From: an uncultured Gammaproteobacteria bacterium
GTDB taxonomy: Bacteria > Patescibacteriota > Patescibacteriia > Magasanikbacterales > GWA2-37-8
Assembly (NCBI GenBank): GCA_964596525.1
Contig: CAZQUL010000001.1
Span: 332,830 to 396,829, forward strand
DNA: 64,000 nt
Direction: 5' to 3'
Part shown: positions 25,887 through 36,144 of the stretch, one piece after another
Layout of the letters: every line of letters begins with the position of its first letter
How positions within the stretch are numbered: position 1 is the stretch's first letter
The notes under the pieces: model-generated
What the model was told of the DNA's origin: nothing
The model's database searches: none
What the model saw: the letters and a program-made list of their open reading frames with translations, nothing else
Translations under genes and position numbers: made by a program

Positions 25887-27620
25887 ATGAAGAAATTGAC
25901 CTGGAAGGACTATATTCTCTTTGTTGTCGCTGCGTGTATGGCCGGAGCGTTGTATTACCACGAGGCAGTGGTGAAGCACGATCCGTATGCCAACTTCGTC
26001 GAAGTGGCGCAGGATATCCGCGACCACAAGGTGAAAGAGATTGTTGTGCAGAGTGAAAAGCTGGAGGTGAAGTTCACAACTGGTGCGAAACGCCTGTACC
26101 CCAAGGAAGGTGCTGAGAGTTTTGAGCATCTGGCGGAGCGTTACAAGATTTCGCCGGAGATGCTCGCTGGCATCAAGATCGTGAACGAATCTTACAAAGG
26201 TTTTTTCGATCTGCTGACGTTCCTTATTACGCTCGCCATCCCAATTGGGGCATTCTTCTTCTTGAGAAGGACAGGGGTCAGAGGGATGAGGATTGAGCAG
26301 GTGATGAAATGCAACGTCACCTTTGCCGATGTGGCCGGACTTGCGCCGGCTAAGGCCGAGCTCACCGACATTGCGGCGTGCCTCGAGCGTAAGGACGATT
26401 GCGCCCGCTACGATATTCGGCTGCCGCGCGGTATCTTGTTTACCGGCGAGCCGGGTACGGGCAAGACCCTTCTGGCCCGAGCACTCGCCGGCGAGACGAA
26501 AGCGGCGTTTTTCACCGTCAGTGGGTCGCAGTTCGTGGATACATTCGTCGGTTCGGGTGCGCGCAATGTGCGCAACCTGTTTGATGCGGCGCGCGCTGCG
26601 GTGGTCAAGACCAAGCACCCGGCGATCATCTTCATCGATGAGATCGACGCTGTGGGTGTGAAAAGGACAGATCATCCGCTAGGAAATGACCAGCGCGACC
26701 AGACGCTCAACGAGCTCCTCGTCGCGATGGATGGTCTTGTCTCCGACAACGCCATCGTCGTCATCGCGGCCACCAACCGGCCCGACATGCTCGACGGGGC
26801 GCTCCTGCGTCCGGGCCGCTTCGATCGTAAGATCCATCTGGAACTACCGGACCGTGCGGCTCGCCGTGCCATCCTCGAGATCCACGTGCGCGAGAAGCCG
26901 CTCGCGTCGAGCGTCGCGCTCGATACCATCGCCGCTCGTACCGCCGGATTTTCGGGCGCCCAGCTCGAGAGTCTGGTGAACGAAGCGGCCATCCTCATGA
27001 TCCGTGCCGGAGAGATCCACATCACGGGCCGCATCATGGATGAAGCGATGGACAAGGTGCTCGTGGGTGTGGGCAACGCGCGGGTCGTAACGGGAGAAGA
27101 GCGGGAACGCGTCGCTTATCACGAAGCCGGACATGCGATCGCGGCGCATTTCTTGCCGCACTGCAAAGGCCTGCGCCGCGTTTCCATCGTGCCACGCGGC
27201 ATGACCGGCGGTTTCACCATGGTGACACCGGAGCATGAGAACTCGCTGCGTACCCGTGCCGAGCTTGAGGAGCAGCTCGTCATGATCATGGCTGGCTACG
27301 CTGCCGAGGTGAGTAAGTATGGCGAGAGCGGCCTTTCTACGGGCTGCACTAACGACCTCGAGCGTGCGGATTCCCTGGTGCGGTACATGGTGACGAGGTG
27401 GGGAATGGTGCCGGAGGTGGGCTTCTTCACCCCGGCGCAGGGCGTGTCCGAGGAGCGGCGAGAGCGGGTGGACGAAGCGGTGAAAGACCTGCTCACGCAG
27501 GCGCGAAATCGCGCCGCTGAACTGCTTGCTACACATAGCGCGCTTTGGATGCGTCTCGCCCATGAGCTTATGAACAAGGAGACGCTCAACGAGGCAGAAC
27601 TCACCGTGCTCCTTGGTTAG
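25887..27620 (+). CDS. ftsH: ATP-dependent zinc metalloprotease FtsH (paralogue 1)
   Basis: AAGGAG Shine-Dalgarno. Two TM helices flanking a periplasmic domain. Walker A GEPGTGKT, Walker [38 protein letters not shown] zinc site. Confidence 0.9.
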   Translation: MKKLTWKDYILFVVAACMAGALYYHEAVVKHDPYANFVEVAQDIRDHKVKEIVVQSEKLEVKFTTGAKRLYPKEGAESFEHLAERYKISPEMLAGIKIVNESYKGFFDLLTFLITLAIPIGAFFFLRRTGVRGMRIEQVMKCNVTFADVAGLAPAKAELTDIAACLERKDDCARYDIRLPRGILFTGEPGTGKTLLARALAGETKAAFFTVSGSQFVDTFVGSGARNVRNLFDAARAAVVKTKHPAIIFIDEIDAVGVKRTDHPLGNDQRDQTLNELLVAMDGLVSDNAIVVIAATNRPDMLDGALLRPGRFDRKIHLELPDRAARRAILEIHVREKPLASSVALDTIAARTAGFSGAQLESLVNEAAILMIRAGEIHITGRIMDEAMDKVLVGVGNARVVTGEERERVAYHEAGHAIAAHFLPHCKGLRRVSIVPRGMTGGFTMVTPEHENSLRTRAELEEQLVMIMAGYAAEVSKYGESGLSTGCTNDLERADSLVRYMVTRWGMVPEVGFFTPAQGVSEERRERVDEAVKDLLTQARNRAAELLATHSALWMRLAHELMNKETLNEAELTVLLG

Positions 27621-27639
27621 TACTGTGTGATTCAACCAA

Positions 27640-27668
27640 CGCTTCGCTGTATATCAGCGGAGCGTTTT
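27640..27668 (+). terminator. rho-independent terminator (copy a)
   Basis: CGCTTCGCTG-tatat-CAGCGGAGCG followed by TTTTT. A near-identical sequence follows the second ftsH at 29681-29710. Confidence 0.7.
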
Positions 27669-27787
27669 TAATTGCGTTCGATCCGACCATTACGCGTTTC
27701 TTTAAAGCTTGACTTTTTTGCCTTCTTAAGGTTTAGTATCCTGTTCCCTCCGCGGTGGAGGGCGGTTCGTTAACAAAGGAGGCTGTC

Positions 27788-29656
27788 GTGAAGGTGCCCA
27801 AGTTCAAGTTCCGGATGGATTATCTGATTCTGCTCTTGTTTGTGATCTCGCTCGGCCGTAGCACGTATGTCGAGATGTGGAAGTTACCACATAACTCATA
27901 TAACAATTTCAGCGAGCTGGCGGATGACATCCGCGCTGGAAAGGTCCTCAAGATAACGGTAGAGCCGAACCGCCTGACGGTCCAGAAGTCCGGCGGCGTA
28001 ACGAGGTTCCTCAGCAAGGATAACGATACGTTTGAAACGCTCTCCATGCGCTACAAGCTCGAGACATCGCATCTTGATCGGGTTACGATTGCTCACAAGG
28101 GCGAACGTGGCTGCGCGGCGTCGACGAGCGACGTGTTGTTTTCGCCGGGAGCGCTGCTCGCTCTCTACTTCTTATTCGGCCGTCGGTCTCCGTCGTCCGA
28201 GGAGAATAAGGAAGAGAAAGACGATGCTGGTGACGATAAGGACAAGAAAGAGAAGCCGCGCGGGTTGGAAGGGTTCTTCCAGCGCGTCAAGGAAGCTCTC
28301 AATCCCAAAGGAATCGAGATCGAAGAGGCGACCGAGTGTGCGACGACCTTCGCCGATGTGGCCGGTCTCGAGCCGGCCAAGGAGGAGCTCCGCGACATCA
28401 TCGTCTATATCAAGAATCCGGAGTCGTTCGAGCGCCACAACATCCGGCTGCCGCGTGGCATTCTCTTCACCGGCGATCCGGGGACGGGCAAGACGCTCCT
28501 CGCCCGTGCACTCGCCGGCGAGCTCAAGGCATCGTTTTTTACCACCAGCGGCTCGCAGTTCGTAGACGTGTTCGGCGGATTGGGAGCGCGCAACGTGCGT
28601 GATCTGTTCGCCCGGGCGCGGCAGGCCGTGGAACAGAAGAAACATCCGGCTGTTATCTTCATCGACGAGATCGATGCGGTCGGCGGCGCGCGTAGCGACA
28701 ATCCGTCGTTCCATCCGGAACGGGATCAGACGCTCAACCAGCTGCTCGTCGAGATGGATGGACTCAAGAAACAGGCGGGCATCATCGTGATCGCGGCCAC
28801 CAACCGGCCGGATATGCTCGACCCGGCACTCTTGCGACCTGGCCGTTTCGATCGCAAGATTCATCTCGAGCTCCCTGACCGGGCGGCGCGGTTCGATATC
28901 CTAACGATCCACGCCCGACAGAAGCCGCTCGCCCCAGACGTTTCGCTCCTCGACATCGCCGCTCGTACGGCTGGCGTGTCCGGCGCGCAGCTCGAGAGCC
29001 TGATGAACGAAGCCGGAATCCTCATGCTGCGCCAAAACGAGACGGTGATCACGAACGAGATGATCGCCGAAGCTACGGACAAGGTGCTCATGGGCGTCGG
29101 CAACGGTCGGATCCTCACGCCCGAAGAGCGCGAGCGTACGGCCTGCCACGAAGCCGGTCACACCCTCGTCGGGTATGCACTTGATCACTGCGATCCGGTG
29201 CGCCGCGTTTCCATCGTAGCGCGCGGCGAGGCCGGCGGCTTCACCATGGTCGCGCCCGAGCATGATGATCCGTCGCATACCAAGGAGCAGCTCGAGGATA
29301 TCCTGGCGATGACCATGGCCGGCTATGCCGCCGAGGTCAGTAAGTATGGCGAGAGCGGTCTCTCGACCGGCGCCGCAAGCGATCTCGAGCGGGCCGAGAA
29401 GCTGGCGTGGTACATGGTGACCACCTGGGGAATGAAGCGCGAGGTCAGTTTTTTCACCGATATCGAGCGCGCTTCCGAAGCGCGCATTCAGATGATCGAG
29501 AAGACGGTGAACGAACTACTCACCACTGCCTACGGTCGGGCGTTCGAGCTCCTCAAGAAGCACGAGCTCAAGTGGAAGAACGTGGCCGATGCTCTCATTG
29601 AGAAGGAAGTGCTGGATGAGGATGATCTCGAGCGGATGCTCGATCAGCTTGATTAG
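27788..29656 (+). CDS. ftsH: ATP-dependent zinc metalloprotease FtsH (paralogue 2) with Lys/Asp/Glu-rich linker
   Basis: AGGAGG then GTG 27788; the ATG at 27755 is an alternative start. Walker [15 protein letters not shown]. Insertion [24 protein letters not shown] after TM2. Confidence 0.9.
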   Translation: MKVPKFKFRMDYLILLLFVISLGRSTYVEMWKLPHNSYNNFSELADDIRAGKVLKITVEPNRLTVQKSGGVTRFLSKDNDTFETLSMRYKLETSHLDRVTIAHKGERGCAASTSDVLFSPGALLALYFLFGRRSPSSEENKEEKDDAGDDKDKKEKPRGLEGFFQRVKEALNPKGIEIEEATECATTFADVAGLEPAKEELRDIIVYIKNPESFERHNIRLPRGILFTGDPGTGKTLLARALAGELKASFFTTSGSQFVDVFGGLGARNVRDLFARARQAVEQKKHPAVIFIDEIDAVGGARSDNPSFHPERDQTLNQLLVEMDGLKKQAGIIVIAATNRPDMLDPALLRPGRFDRKIHLELPDRAARFDILTIHARQKPLAPDVSLLDIAARTAGVSGAQLESLMNEAGILMLRQNETVITNEMIAEATDKVLMGVGNGRILTPEERERTACHEAGHTLVGYALDHCDPVRRVSIVARGEAGGFTMVAPEHDDPSHTKEQLEDILAMTMAGYAAEVSKYGESGLSTGAASDLERAEKLAWYMVTTWGMKREVSFFTDIERASEARIQMIEKTVNELLTTAYGRAFELLKKHELKWKNVADALIEKEVLDEDDLERMLDQLD

Positions 29657-29680
29657 CGCCTAGAGCACTCTTCGCAACCA

Positions 29681-29710
29681 ACGCTTCGCTGTTATCAACG
29701 AGGCGTTTTT
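29681..29710 (+). terminator. rho-independent terminator (copy b)
   Basis: ACGCTTCG-n10-CGAGGCGT followed by TTTTT. An adjacent minus-strand terminator at 29716-29737 serves the 29751 gene. Confidence 0.7.
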
Positions 29711-29750
29711 AATTTCAAAAACAGCCGCCCGTGGGCGACTATTTGATGCG

Positions 29751-30608
29751 TCAGCGTGCGCGATGCAGCGCGTTCTGCAGGCGCCGATAAGTCTCATCCG
29801 AATCGGCTGCGATGATATCGGTATAGCCGTCCCGCTCGAACGTGGGATTGCTCCACGCGCCGCCGCCGAGGCTGGCCATCCAGGCGACCGCGCCCGTATC
29901 GATGAAATGTCGGCGGTTCTGCACAAGCCCGCACAGCTCGCCTTGGAGGAGCTGCGTGCTGTGGTGGCGGAACTGCGCAGGGTCGGTAATGTCTTGGTTA
30001 TCAATCACTTCAAGCCCGACGTATTCCAGCGCGTACCGTTCGGCGCTTGTAATTTTGGCGACGAGCACCAGATTGTTGCTCGGCACGATACGGTGCGTCT
30101 GCCAGATGTGGCCGCCCGGCATGGCGCCTGTCGTGGTGCAGTAGAGCGCCTGTTCGTTTTCGCCGATCCCAATGTAGCACACGTCGCGACAGGGAACGTA
30201 GACGATGGCGCCGAGATAGCGGTTGTCTTGGCGGATGGTGAGGATGACATCGAAGAGCGGTAGACCGTTCTGGAAATAGTACGTTCCGTTCACTGGGTCA
30301 AGCGTAACCTGGTACGGCTGCGATCCGCGCTTGTCGAAGATGGCGGAAATATCGTCATCCTCTTCGCCGTAAAACGAGCAATCGGAAAACTTCTGAAAAA
30401 TCATCGCGCCGAGAAAATTCTGCACGAGCCGGTCGGCGCGGGTCACGGCGTTCGCAAACGCGGTGCCGCCTTTGCCGGGGATGGCGAGGTCGGTGTGTTC
30501 GCAAAGAATCGGTTGGAGCTTTTGGGCGAGTTTGCCGGCACGCAGGATATCAGGGAGAAGAAGTTCGAGGGCGCGGCGGACTCCGATCGAGGCAATGCGG
30601 CTGTGCAT
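29751..30608 (-). CDS. inositol monophosphatase / CysQ-family phosphatase
   Basis: Motifs DPVNGT and a WD.AAG-like sequence. AAGGAAG Shine-Dalgarno before ATG 30608. The longer ORF to 30695 has no Shine-Dalgarno. Confidence 0.7.
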   Translation of the reverse strand: MHSRIASIGVRRALELLLPDILRAGKLAQKLQPILCEHTDLAIPGKGGTAFANAVTRADRLVQNFLGAMIFQKFSDCSFYGEEDDDISAIFDKRGSQPYQVTLDPVNGTYYFQNGLPLFDVILTIRQDNRYLGAIVYVPCRDVCYIGIGENEQALYCTTTGAMPGGHIWQTHRIVPSNNLVLVAKITSAERYALEYVGLEVIDNQDITDPAQFRHHSTQLLQGELCGLVQNRRHFIDTGAVAWMASLGGGAWSNPTFERDGYTDIIAADSDETYRRLQNALHRAR

Positions 30609-30808
30609 GGACTCTTCCTTTTTCAGGGTGCACCCGAACGAGCTGGTGTCGGATGTGTGATTAGTATAACGCAGGTTGAGAAAAAGGCTAGGCACATATG
30701 TATCCGCACGTCTTGCTTTTTTATTAGTTTTATAGTTAAGTAGCGCGTTCCGGCAGTGCCGGACACTGTTCCTGACAATTCAGGTCAAACTATAGGGGAG
30801 GAAGAGCC

Positions 30809-32029
30809 ATGTTCGATTCATTGAATACCGTGCGCGTTACGGCTAGCGCAGAGTGTTTACGCCAGCTTGAGAGCGAACTTGGTGCTTTGTTTCCGGGGCG
30901 CACTGTGCTAATCCGGCAGCTTGTCCTAGCGCTCTTGTGCCGCGAGCACGTGCTTATTTTCGGGCGTTACGGTGCAGCGAAATCCGATGTCGTTTCCGCG
31001 TTGTTCGGTGCCATTACCGGTAGCACGCAGTTCCGTATCGCGCTGACCAAGTCCATGACCGAAAGTCATGCGGTCGGCAACCCGGATTTTAAGGTGCTCA
31101 AAGAAACGGGCGTGATGCATCACCGAACCGATGAAGGGCTCTTTGTCGCACACCTCGCCGAACTCGATGAGTTCTTCGATGCTAACGATATACTGTTGCG
31201 CGCGTTTCTTAGGATTCTCAACGAGCGGCAGTTTTTGCGTGGCAAGCAATGCGTAGAGCTGCCGCTCCACACGGCAGTCGCAGCTACCAACGCCGATCCG
31301 CGGAAAAAGCGCGAATCGAACGAGCAGTACGATGCGATCATCGACCGCTTCTTGTTTATCGCGCCGGTTGCGTATTTGGCCGACAAGAAAGAGCGGGTGG
31401 TGATGTACCGCAAGCATTTGCGCGGTGGCAAACCTACAACCACGATCACCTGTGATGATGTAAAGTTTCTAAGCGGCGTGGTGAAGGAAAGAGTCATCGA
31501 CGTAAGCGATGAGGTGCTCGGCCTCTATGATGATGTTCTGACCGACTTTCTCGCGAACGATCCGGCGCAGAAGAATCTTGTGATGTCTGATCGTCGGCGC
31601 TGTAAGATGCTCGCGGTGATGCAGGCCGCGGCCATTCTCGAAGGGCGAATTGAGCTCGAGCCACACGACATTCTCGCGGTTGCTTACGCGCTTGATCCGG
31701 GCGGAAAAACCGGACAGGAAACAGTTGATGCTTTCAAGGCGAGGTGCCAGCCTAAAATCGAGAAGTTCCTTAAGGAGCGCCAGCCTGATGTGGTATTGCT
31801 CCAGCGCACTCTTTTGGAGACGATGCGCTCCCAGCTTTCTGTTACGGTTCCAAAGGATGCTGAGGGGCTTCTGCGGGTGCGACGAGAGCTGCTCGATCTG
31901 CAGAAGAAGTTTAACGATAGCGTAAAAGCTCCGTTGACCGAAAACGCCCTTTTGCACACGCAGGTAAAAACAGCGATCGAAAAAAAGCTGGCGGAAGTCG
32001 TGGTGGCAGTTGACGGTGGGGCCAAGTAA
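30809..32029 (+). CDS. MoxR-like AAA+ ATPase with degenerate Walker A
   Basis: IFGRYGAAKS (Walker A-like). LDEFFDANDILLRAFLRILNERQF resembles the MoxR Walker-B/sensor region. GGGGAGG Shine-Dalgarno. Confidence 0.7.
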   Translation: MFDSLNTVRVTASAECLRQLESELGALFPGRTVLIRQLVLALLCREHVLIFGRYGAAKSDVVSALFGAITGSTQFRIALTKSMTESHAVGNPDFKVLKETGVMHHRTDEGLFVAHLAELDEFFDANDILLRAFLRILNERQFLRGKQCVELPLHTAVAATNADPRKKRESNEQYDAIIDRFLFIAPVAYLADKKERVVMYRKHLRGGKPTTTITCDDVKFLSGVVKERVIDVSDEVLGLYDDVLTDFLANDPAQKNLVMSDRRRCKMLAVMQAAAILEGRIELEPHDILAVAYALDPGGKTGQETVDAFKARCQPKIEKFLKERQPDVVLLQRTLLETMRSQLSVTVPKDAEGLLRVRRELLDLQKKFNDSVKAPLTENALLHTQVKTAIEKKLAEVVVAVDGGAK

Positions 32030-32030
32030 G

Positions 32031-33062
32031 ATGGGGCCTTTCATATATCTTGCCCTCGTTGCTTCGCTCTCAGTCATCTACCATTCCCGCCGGTATCTGC
32101 GCTCTCGCCGCCGCGAGCGGCTTCGTCTCTTGGAAGAACAGACGCGCATCAAAGTGCAACTCCTTCCTTCGCCGGCACCTGTGCGAACGGGTATCAACCA
32201 AGAGTCGGTTGCCCTTATCCTAAAAGGCGATCCTCTTTTGGCCCAGATCGCACTCGAAAAAAGCGGGTTAGGCCATCTGCGACCCGATGATGTGTTCGAT
32301 CGGTGGGAGGAACTCCTGCGCGTGATTCAGCAGATTCCCGAGCATATCTTCCAGATCCTGTACGTGGCGGTGACGCAGACCGAGGTCGACATCGACTGCC
32401 GACGGGTCCTAGAAAAAGTTCCGGTGCCGTTTCCAACGGGAGATGTGGAATTGGGACTCTGCCGCGATCCGAGCCGTCTGGCGGATGTACTCGTGGAAGA
32501 TCTGGCACTTGATGATGATGTATTCTACGCGCGTCTCGCTGCCGACGAGCTCCGGGTCTTTGATTACACGGAAACGCGCGCCGGGCGCAAAGTGATGTAC
32601 ATGCTCCTCGACGTATCGCCGTCGATGCAGGAGGCGCTCTTTGGCCGGTCGTACATGCGCCACATCTGGGCGCGCGGCGTAGCTATAAAGCAGCTTATTC
32701 AGGCGCTGCGCGGTGAGGCGACGTACTTTCTGCGCTATTTCGCGGGAGTGCCCGGGCGGCTCTACGAGGCTACCACCGTCCCTCAAGCCCAAGCCATTAT
32801 CAACAACCTGTTCGATCTGGGTTTTACCGAGTCCAACACCAACATCCAACAAGCGCTCGAAACGGCTGTTGAGGATATTCGCGAGCGGGAACACGCGTGC
32901 GCTCAAGCCGAGATCCTGCTTCTTTCGGATGGCGAAAGTCCCTTGGATACCCAGCTGCTCAAAAGGCAGTTCGGCAACCGTATTCGTCTCCACACCGTTC
33001 TTATTGGTAACGCCGATTCCGATCCGCTCAAAGAATTGAGTGTTTCGTACCTTAAATTGTAG
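32031..33062 (+). CDS. von Willebrand factor A (VWA) domain protein, MoxR partner
   Basis: N-terminal TM. MIDAS DVSPSM...LLLSDGES. Start is 1 nt after the MoxR stop, indicating translational coupling. Confidence 0.75.
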   Translation: MGPFIYLALVASLSVIYHSRRYLRSRRRERLRLLEEQTRIKVQLLPSPAPVRTGINQESVALILKGDPLLAQIALEKSGLGHLRPDDVFDRWEELLRVIQQIPEHIFQILYVAVTQTEVDIDCRRVLEKVPVPFPTGDVELGLCRDPSRLADVLVEDLALDDDVFYARLAADELRVFDYTETRAGRKVMYMLLDVSPSMQEALFGRSYMRHIWARGVAIKQLIQALRGEATYFLRYFAGVPGRLYEATTVPQAQAIINNLFDLGFTESNTNIQQALETAVEDIREREHACAQAEILLLSDGESPLDTQLLKRQFGNRIRLHTVLIGNADSDPLKELSVSYLKL

Positions 33063-33069
33063 CTCCCTG

Positions 33070-33097
33070 CCGGCACTCTGTGCCGGTTTTATGTTTT
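33070..33097 (+). terminator. rho-independent terminator
   Basis: CCGGCAC-tct-GTGCCGG followed by TTTTATGTTTT. Confidence 0.75.
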
Positions 33098-33227
33098 CTT
33101 TATCATTGACAGGGTATGCTCAGTCCGGTAGCATCGGTATCCTGGGTTTCCCAAAGCCGCAGAGGGGAAATTTCCAGAGGGTGTGCATTCTCACCAGACG
33201 TAGTTTCTGGCAAAAAAGGAGCAGTCG

Positions 33228-34013
33228 ATGGACTTTGCCCGTTACCGCAAACGGCTCTCAACACTGCCGCTCTTACATCCGCGCCCGGAGGATATGGCAG
33301 CGCTCTGTCCGCATCTTTCTCCCGACGAAGCAGTGGCGGCGTTCAAAAGCGGCGCACGCGTGGGCCGCCCGCCGCTTAAGGCAACCGGGGCATTTCCGAC
33401 ACTCAAGTTTTATCCTGGTTGGGTCGATGACGCCGAAGGTGTTGTATATCCGCCGTGCATCGATCACAGTGTCGGACACTTCGAAAATCCGTGCGCTGCC
33501 CGTGCGCTCGCTTTTGCCCAAGAGCATTGGGGAGATCGGCTTATGACGCATTCGAGCTCCATGGAACGGCTAGCAGAATTCCGTATTCTTGAGCCTGTGG
33601 GAAGTAATCTGCAGGAGCCAGCACTAGAACATCCCCGACTTCTTTTCACACTCGGCGTGAGTTTGGTCGAAGATTGGGTTAATCTAAGTTCGCGTTGCGA
33701 CCTCACGCCGGAAATGGTGGACCGGGCGATTCTCGAGATGACGGTCGACCCACTCGAGTGGGAAGAGTTGCTCGGTGGCGCCGGAAGTTTCGTGCAGCTT
33801 AACTGTGCGCGTTGCGGCCACTATCTTTCGGACGAAGGTTGTCTTGGGTGCAAACAGTACTTTGCACTCCCGCGCGTTCCGAGCGGCGGAACCTTGCCGC
33901 TCTCACCTAAGATGGTGGCATACGTACAAAGCAACAAAGGCCATACTTTTCCGCAGGATCCATTGTTGGCATGGTCGCGACGAGCGTGCCAAAGCCACAG
34001 TATCCGCGCTTAA
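33228..34013 (+). CDS. hypothetical protein
   Basis: AAAGGAG Shine-Dalgarno, with a promoter-like TTGACA about 33106 upstream. Several Cys pairs (CARCGHY...CLGC). No identifiable domain. Confidence 0.5.
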   Translation: MDFARYRKRLSTLPLLHPRPEDMAALCPHLSPDEAVAAFKSGARVGRPPLKATGAFPTLKFYPGWVDDAEGVVYPPCIDHSVGHFENPCAARALAFAQEHWGDRLMTHSSSMERLAEFRILEPVGSNLQEPALEHPRLLFTLGVSLVEDWVNLSSRCDLTPEMVDRAILEMTVDPLEWEELLGGAGSFVQLNCARCGHYLSDEGCLGCKQYFALPRVPSGGTLPLSPKMVAYVQSNKGHTFPQDPLLAWSRRACQSHSIRA

Positions 34014-34093
34014 GCGCTACATTCCTTGCCGTTAAGGCAAGGAATTCGCTTTTATTGACACTTTTGGCACTCGTTCGTTACCATACCTCGACT

Positions 34094-34636
34094 ATGAAAC
34101 TCCTTGTTGGTCTCGGCAATCCGGGAAAAGAATACGAACGAACGCGTCACAACGCCGGTTTTTTGGTTGTTGATGAAGTAGTCAAAAAACACGCTGGTAG
34201 TTTTAAGTCGATGGACAAATGTTTTGCCGACGTAGCACGCATCCGCATAGGCGATACCGACGTGATTGTAGCCAAGCCGACTACGTTCATGAACCTTTCG
34301 GGTAAGGCGGTGCAAGCCATCATGGCGTATTACAAAATCGCACTGCCTGACGTTCTTATCGTGCATGATGAGAAAGATCTGCCGCTTGGGAGTTTTCGTA
34401 TCCACCATAACCGTGGCGCTGCGGGCCACAATGGTGTAGATTCGATTTTTGAAAGCCTGGCTACGCGCGCCTTCGATCGTCTGCGCGTTGGTGTTGGTCC
34501 TACCGAACCCAAGCCTTTTACCATCGTCGATTACGTTCTGGCACCATTTGGCGGCGAAGAACGGAAAGCCTTTGATGCATATCTGCCGACATTAGTGAGC
34601 GAGATAGAAACGTGGGTGAAAAAAAAGAAATCATGA
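34094..34636 (+). CDS. pth: peptidyl-tRNA hydrolase
   Basis: MKLLVGLGNPG...RHNAGF...HNGV Pth signature. The track ORF from 33971 overlaps the upstream gene. Promoter-like TTGACA at 34045. Confidence 0.9.
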   Translation: MKLLVGLGNPGKEYERTRHNAGFLVVDEVVKKHAGSFKSMDKCFADVARIRIGDTDVIVAKPTTFMNLSGKAVQAIMAYYKIALPDVLIVHDEKDLPLGSFRIHHNRGAAGHNGVDSIFESLATRAFDRLRVGVGPTEPKPFTIVDYVLAPFGGEERKAFDAYLPTLVSEIETWVKKKKS

Positions 34637-34710
34637 ACAACAGGAGGCAGGGATGGTTGTCTCGGTAGTGGCCAGGTGAAGTAGGTTTATTCTTTGCTGC
34701 CATATCTTGT

Positions 34711-35787
34711 ATGTCTCCTCTTGTTCACCTTGCTTTTTTTCCTGCATATACTCTTGCCCGCGCGCGCCGGCTTACGAAAATCACGGACGCTCTCCCGGCA
34801 TTAACCGAACTTACTTCGGCGGAGCTTATGCGTGCCGGGTGGGAAGAAGAGGTGCAGGCCTCTTTTTTTTCGTGGCTCAGAAAAAATCCGGCGGCGCAGT
34901 GCGAGGAGCAGCTTGTCCGCGCCGGAATTGCCGCGCTCGAGTTGTCTCACGTGGATTATCCATATCTGCTCAAACAGATTCCTGATGCGCCGCTCGTTGT
35001 ATTCGTGCGCGGTGACGTGAATAAACTTTCTTCGTCCGCGGTCGCGATTGTCGGCACGCGACGCATTACGCCCTACGGCCGCACTGCAACCGAGATCGTC
35101 ACTGCCGCCGCGGTTGAGTGCGGACTCGTTGCGGTAAGCGGGCTTGCGCTTGGAGTTGATGGCATGGTGCACGAGACGACGCTTAAAAAAGAGGGTGTCA
35201 CGGTGGCCGTTCTTGGTGGCGGCGTTGACGACGTGGCCATCTATCCGCGCGCACATTTCAATCTTGGGCAAGAAATCATCAAGCAGGGCGGAGCGATTAT
35301 GAGCGAATATCCGCCCGGTTTCAAACCGACGACCTATTCGTTTCCAGCGCGCAACCGCATCATCGCTGGCCTGACGCGCGCCACTATCGTCACCGAAGCG
35401 CCGCTCGAATCCGGGGCGCTCCTTACGGCGTATGCTGCGCTCGACTATAATCGCGACGTGCTCGCCGTGCCGCACCCCATTACCTCATCTGCCGGCGAAG
35501 GGTGCAATGCGCTCATCAAGCGTGGCGCCGGTATTTTTCGCTCGATCGACGATCTATCCGAAGCGTTCAATATCGAACGTCAGAGCGTTGGAGAAAAAAC
35601 CTCACACGTTTCGTTGTCTGATGAAGAGAAAGCTTTCATCGCGCTGCTTGGCACTACGCCGCTCCATATCGATCAGATCGTTAAACAAGCGGCGCGGCCG
35701 GCAGCGTTTGTTTCAACCATGCTCACCATGCTCGAACTCAAAGGCGTGGTACGTCATGCAGGCGGTATGAAGTATGGACGAATTTAG
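34711..35787 (+). CDS. dprA: DNA-processing protein DprA (Smf)
   Basis: Rossmann-like DprA core VAIVGTRRITPYG...VSGLALGVDG...GGAIMSEYPPG...RNRIIAGL plus a C-terminal winged-helix-like tail. Confidence 0.9.
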   Translation: MSPLVHLAFFPAYTLARARRLTKITDALPALTELTSAELMRAGWEEEVQASFFSWLRKNPAAQCEEQLVRAGIAALELSHVDYPYLLKQIPDAPLVVFVRGDVNKLSSSAVAIVGTRRITPYGRTATEIVTAAAVECGLVAVSGLALGVDGMVHETTLKKEGVTVAVLGGGVDDVAIYPRAHFNLGQEIIKQGGAIMSEYPPGFKPTTYSFPARNRIIAGLTRATIVTEAPLESGALLTAYAALDYNRDVLAVPHPITSSAGEGCNALIKRGAGIFRSIDDLSEAFNIERQSVGEKTSHVSLSDEEKAFIALLGTTPLHIDQIVKQAARPAAFVSTMLTMLELKGVVRHAGGMKYGRI

Positions 35788-35851
35788 TTGACCCCTTTTG
35801 AGGGGTCTGTTATAAAAGATGTGTAACGTTGTTTTTGTAAAGGAGGGCACC

Positions 35852-36076
35852 GTGAAGAGACGTAGCTTACTTGTTGGCTTATGTGCCGTGTGTTTAGCCG
35901 GCCCTTGTTCGGGGTCGAGTCCGAGCGATTCCCCGTTGCCGGCAGGAGTCACTTTGAGTGGTATTGATTACAACCAGCCGCTCAGCCAGATTCAAGCGCA
36001 GCATCCCAGTGAGGCGCCGACGGACGGAACGCAAGGCGGGCCTATTTCCACGCCCGGCGGCGACCGCGGCCGCTGA
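35852..36076 (+). CDS. small secreted protein (about 74 aa)
   Basis: AAGGAGG then GTG. Signal-like RRSLLVGLCAVCLAGPCSG. Pro/Ser-rich mature part. Weak call. Confidence 0.35.
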   Translation: MKRRSLLVGLCAVCLAGPCSGSSPSDSPLPAGVTLSGIDYNQPLSQIQAQHPSEAPTDGTQGGPISTPGGDRGR

Positions 36077-36144
36077 AGCGCACCCCTATATCTCTTCCTT
36101 TAATTTCTGGCGACGCCCTCGTCGCTTTTTTTGACCTTAGTGAT

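Noticed and set aside
28172-28864. 230-aa minus-strand ORF inside ftsH-2, and several 60-130 aa ORFs inside both ftsH genes
   Set aside because: These overlap conserved catalytic motifs of FtsH on the opposite strand or in an alternative frame. They are GC-skew artefacts.
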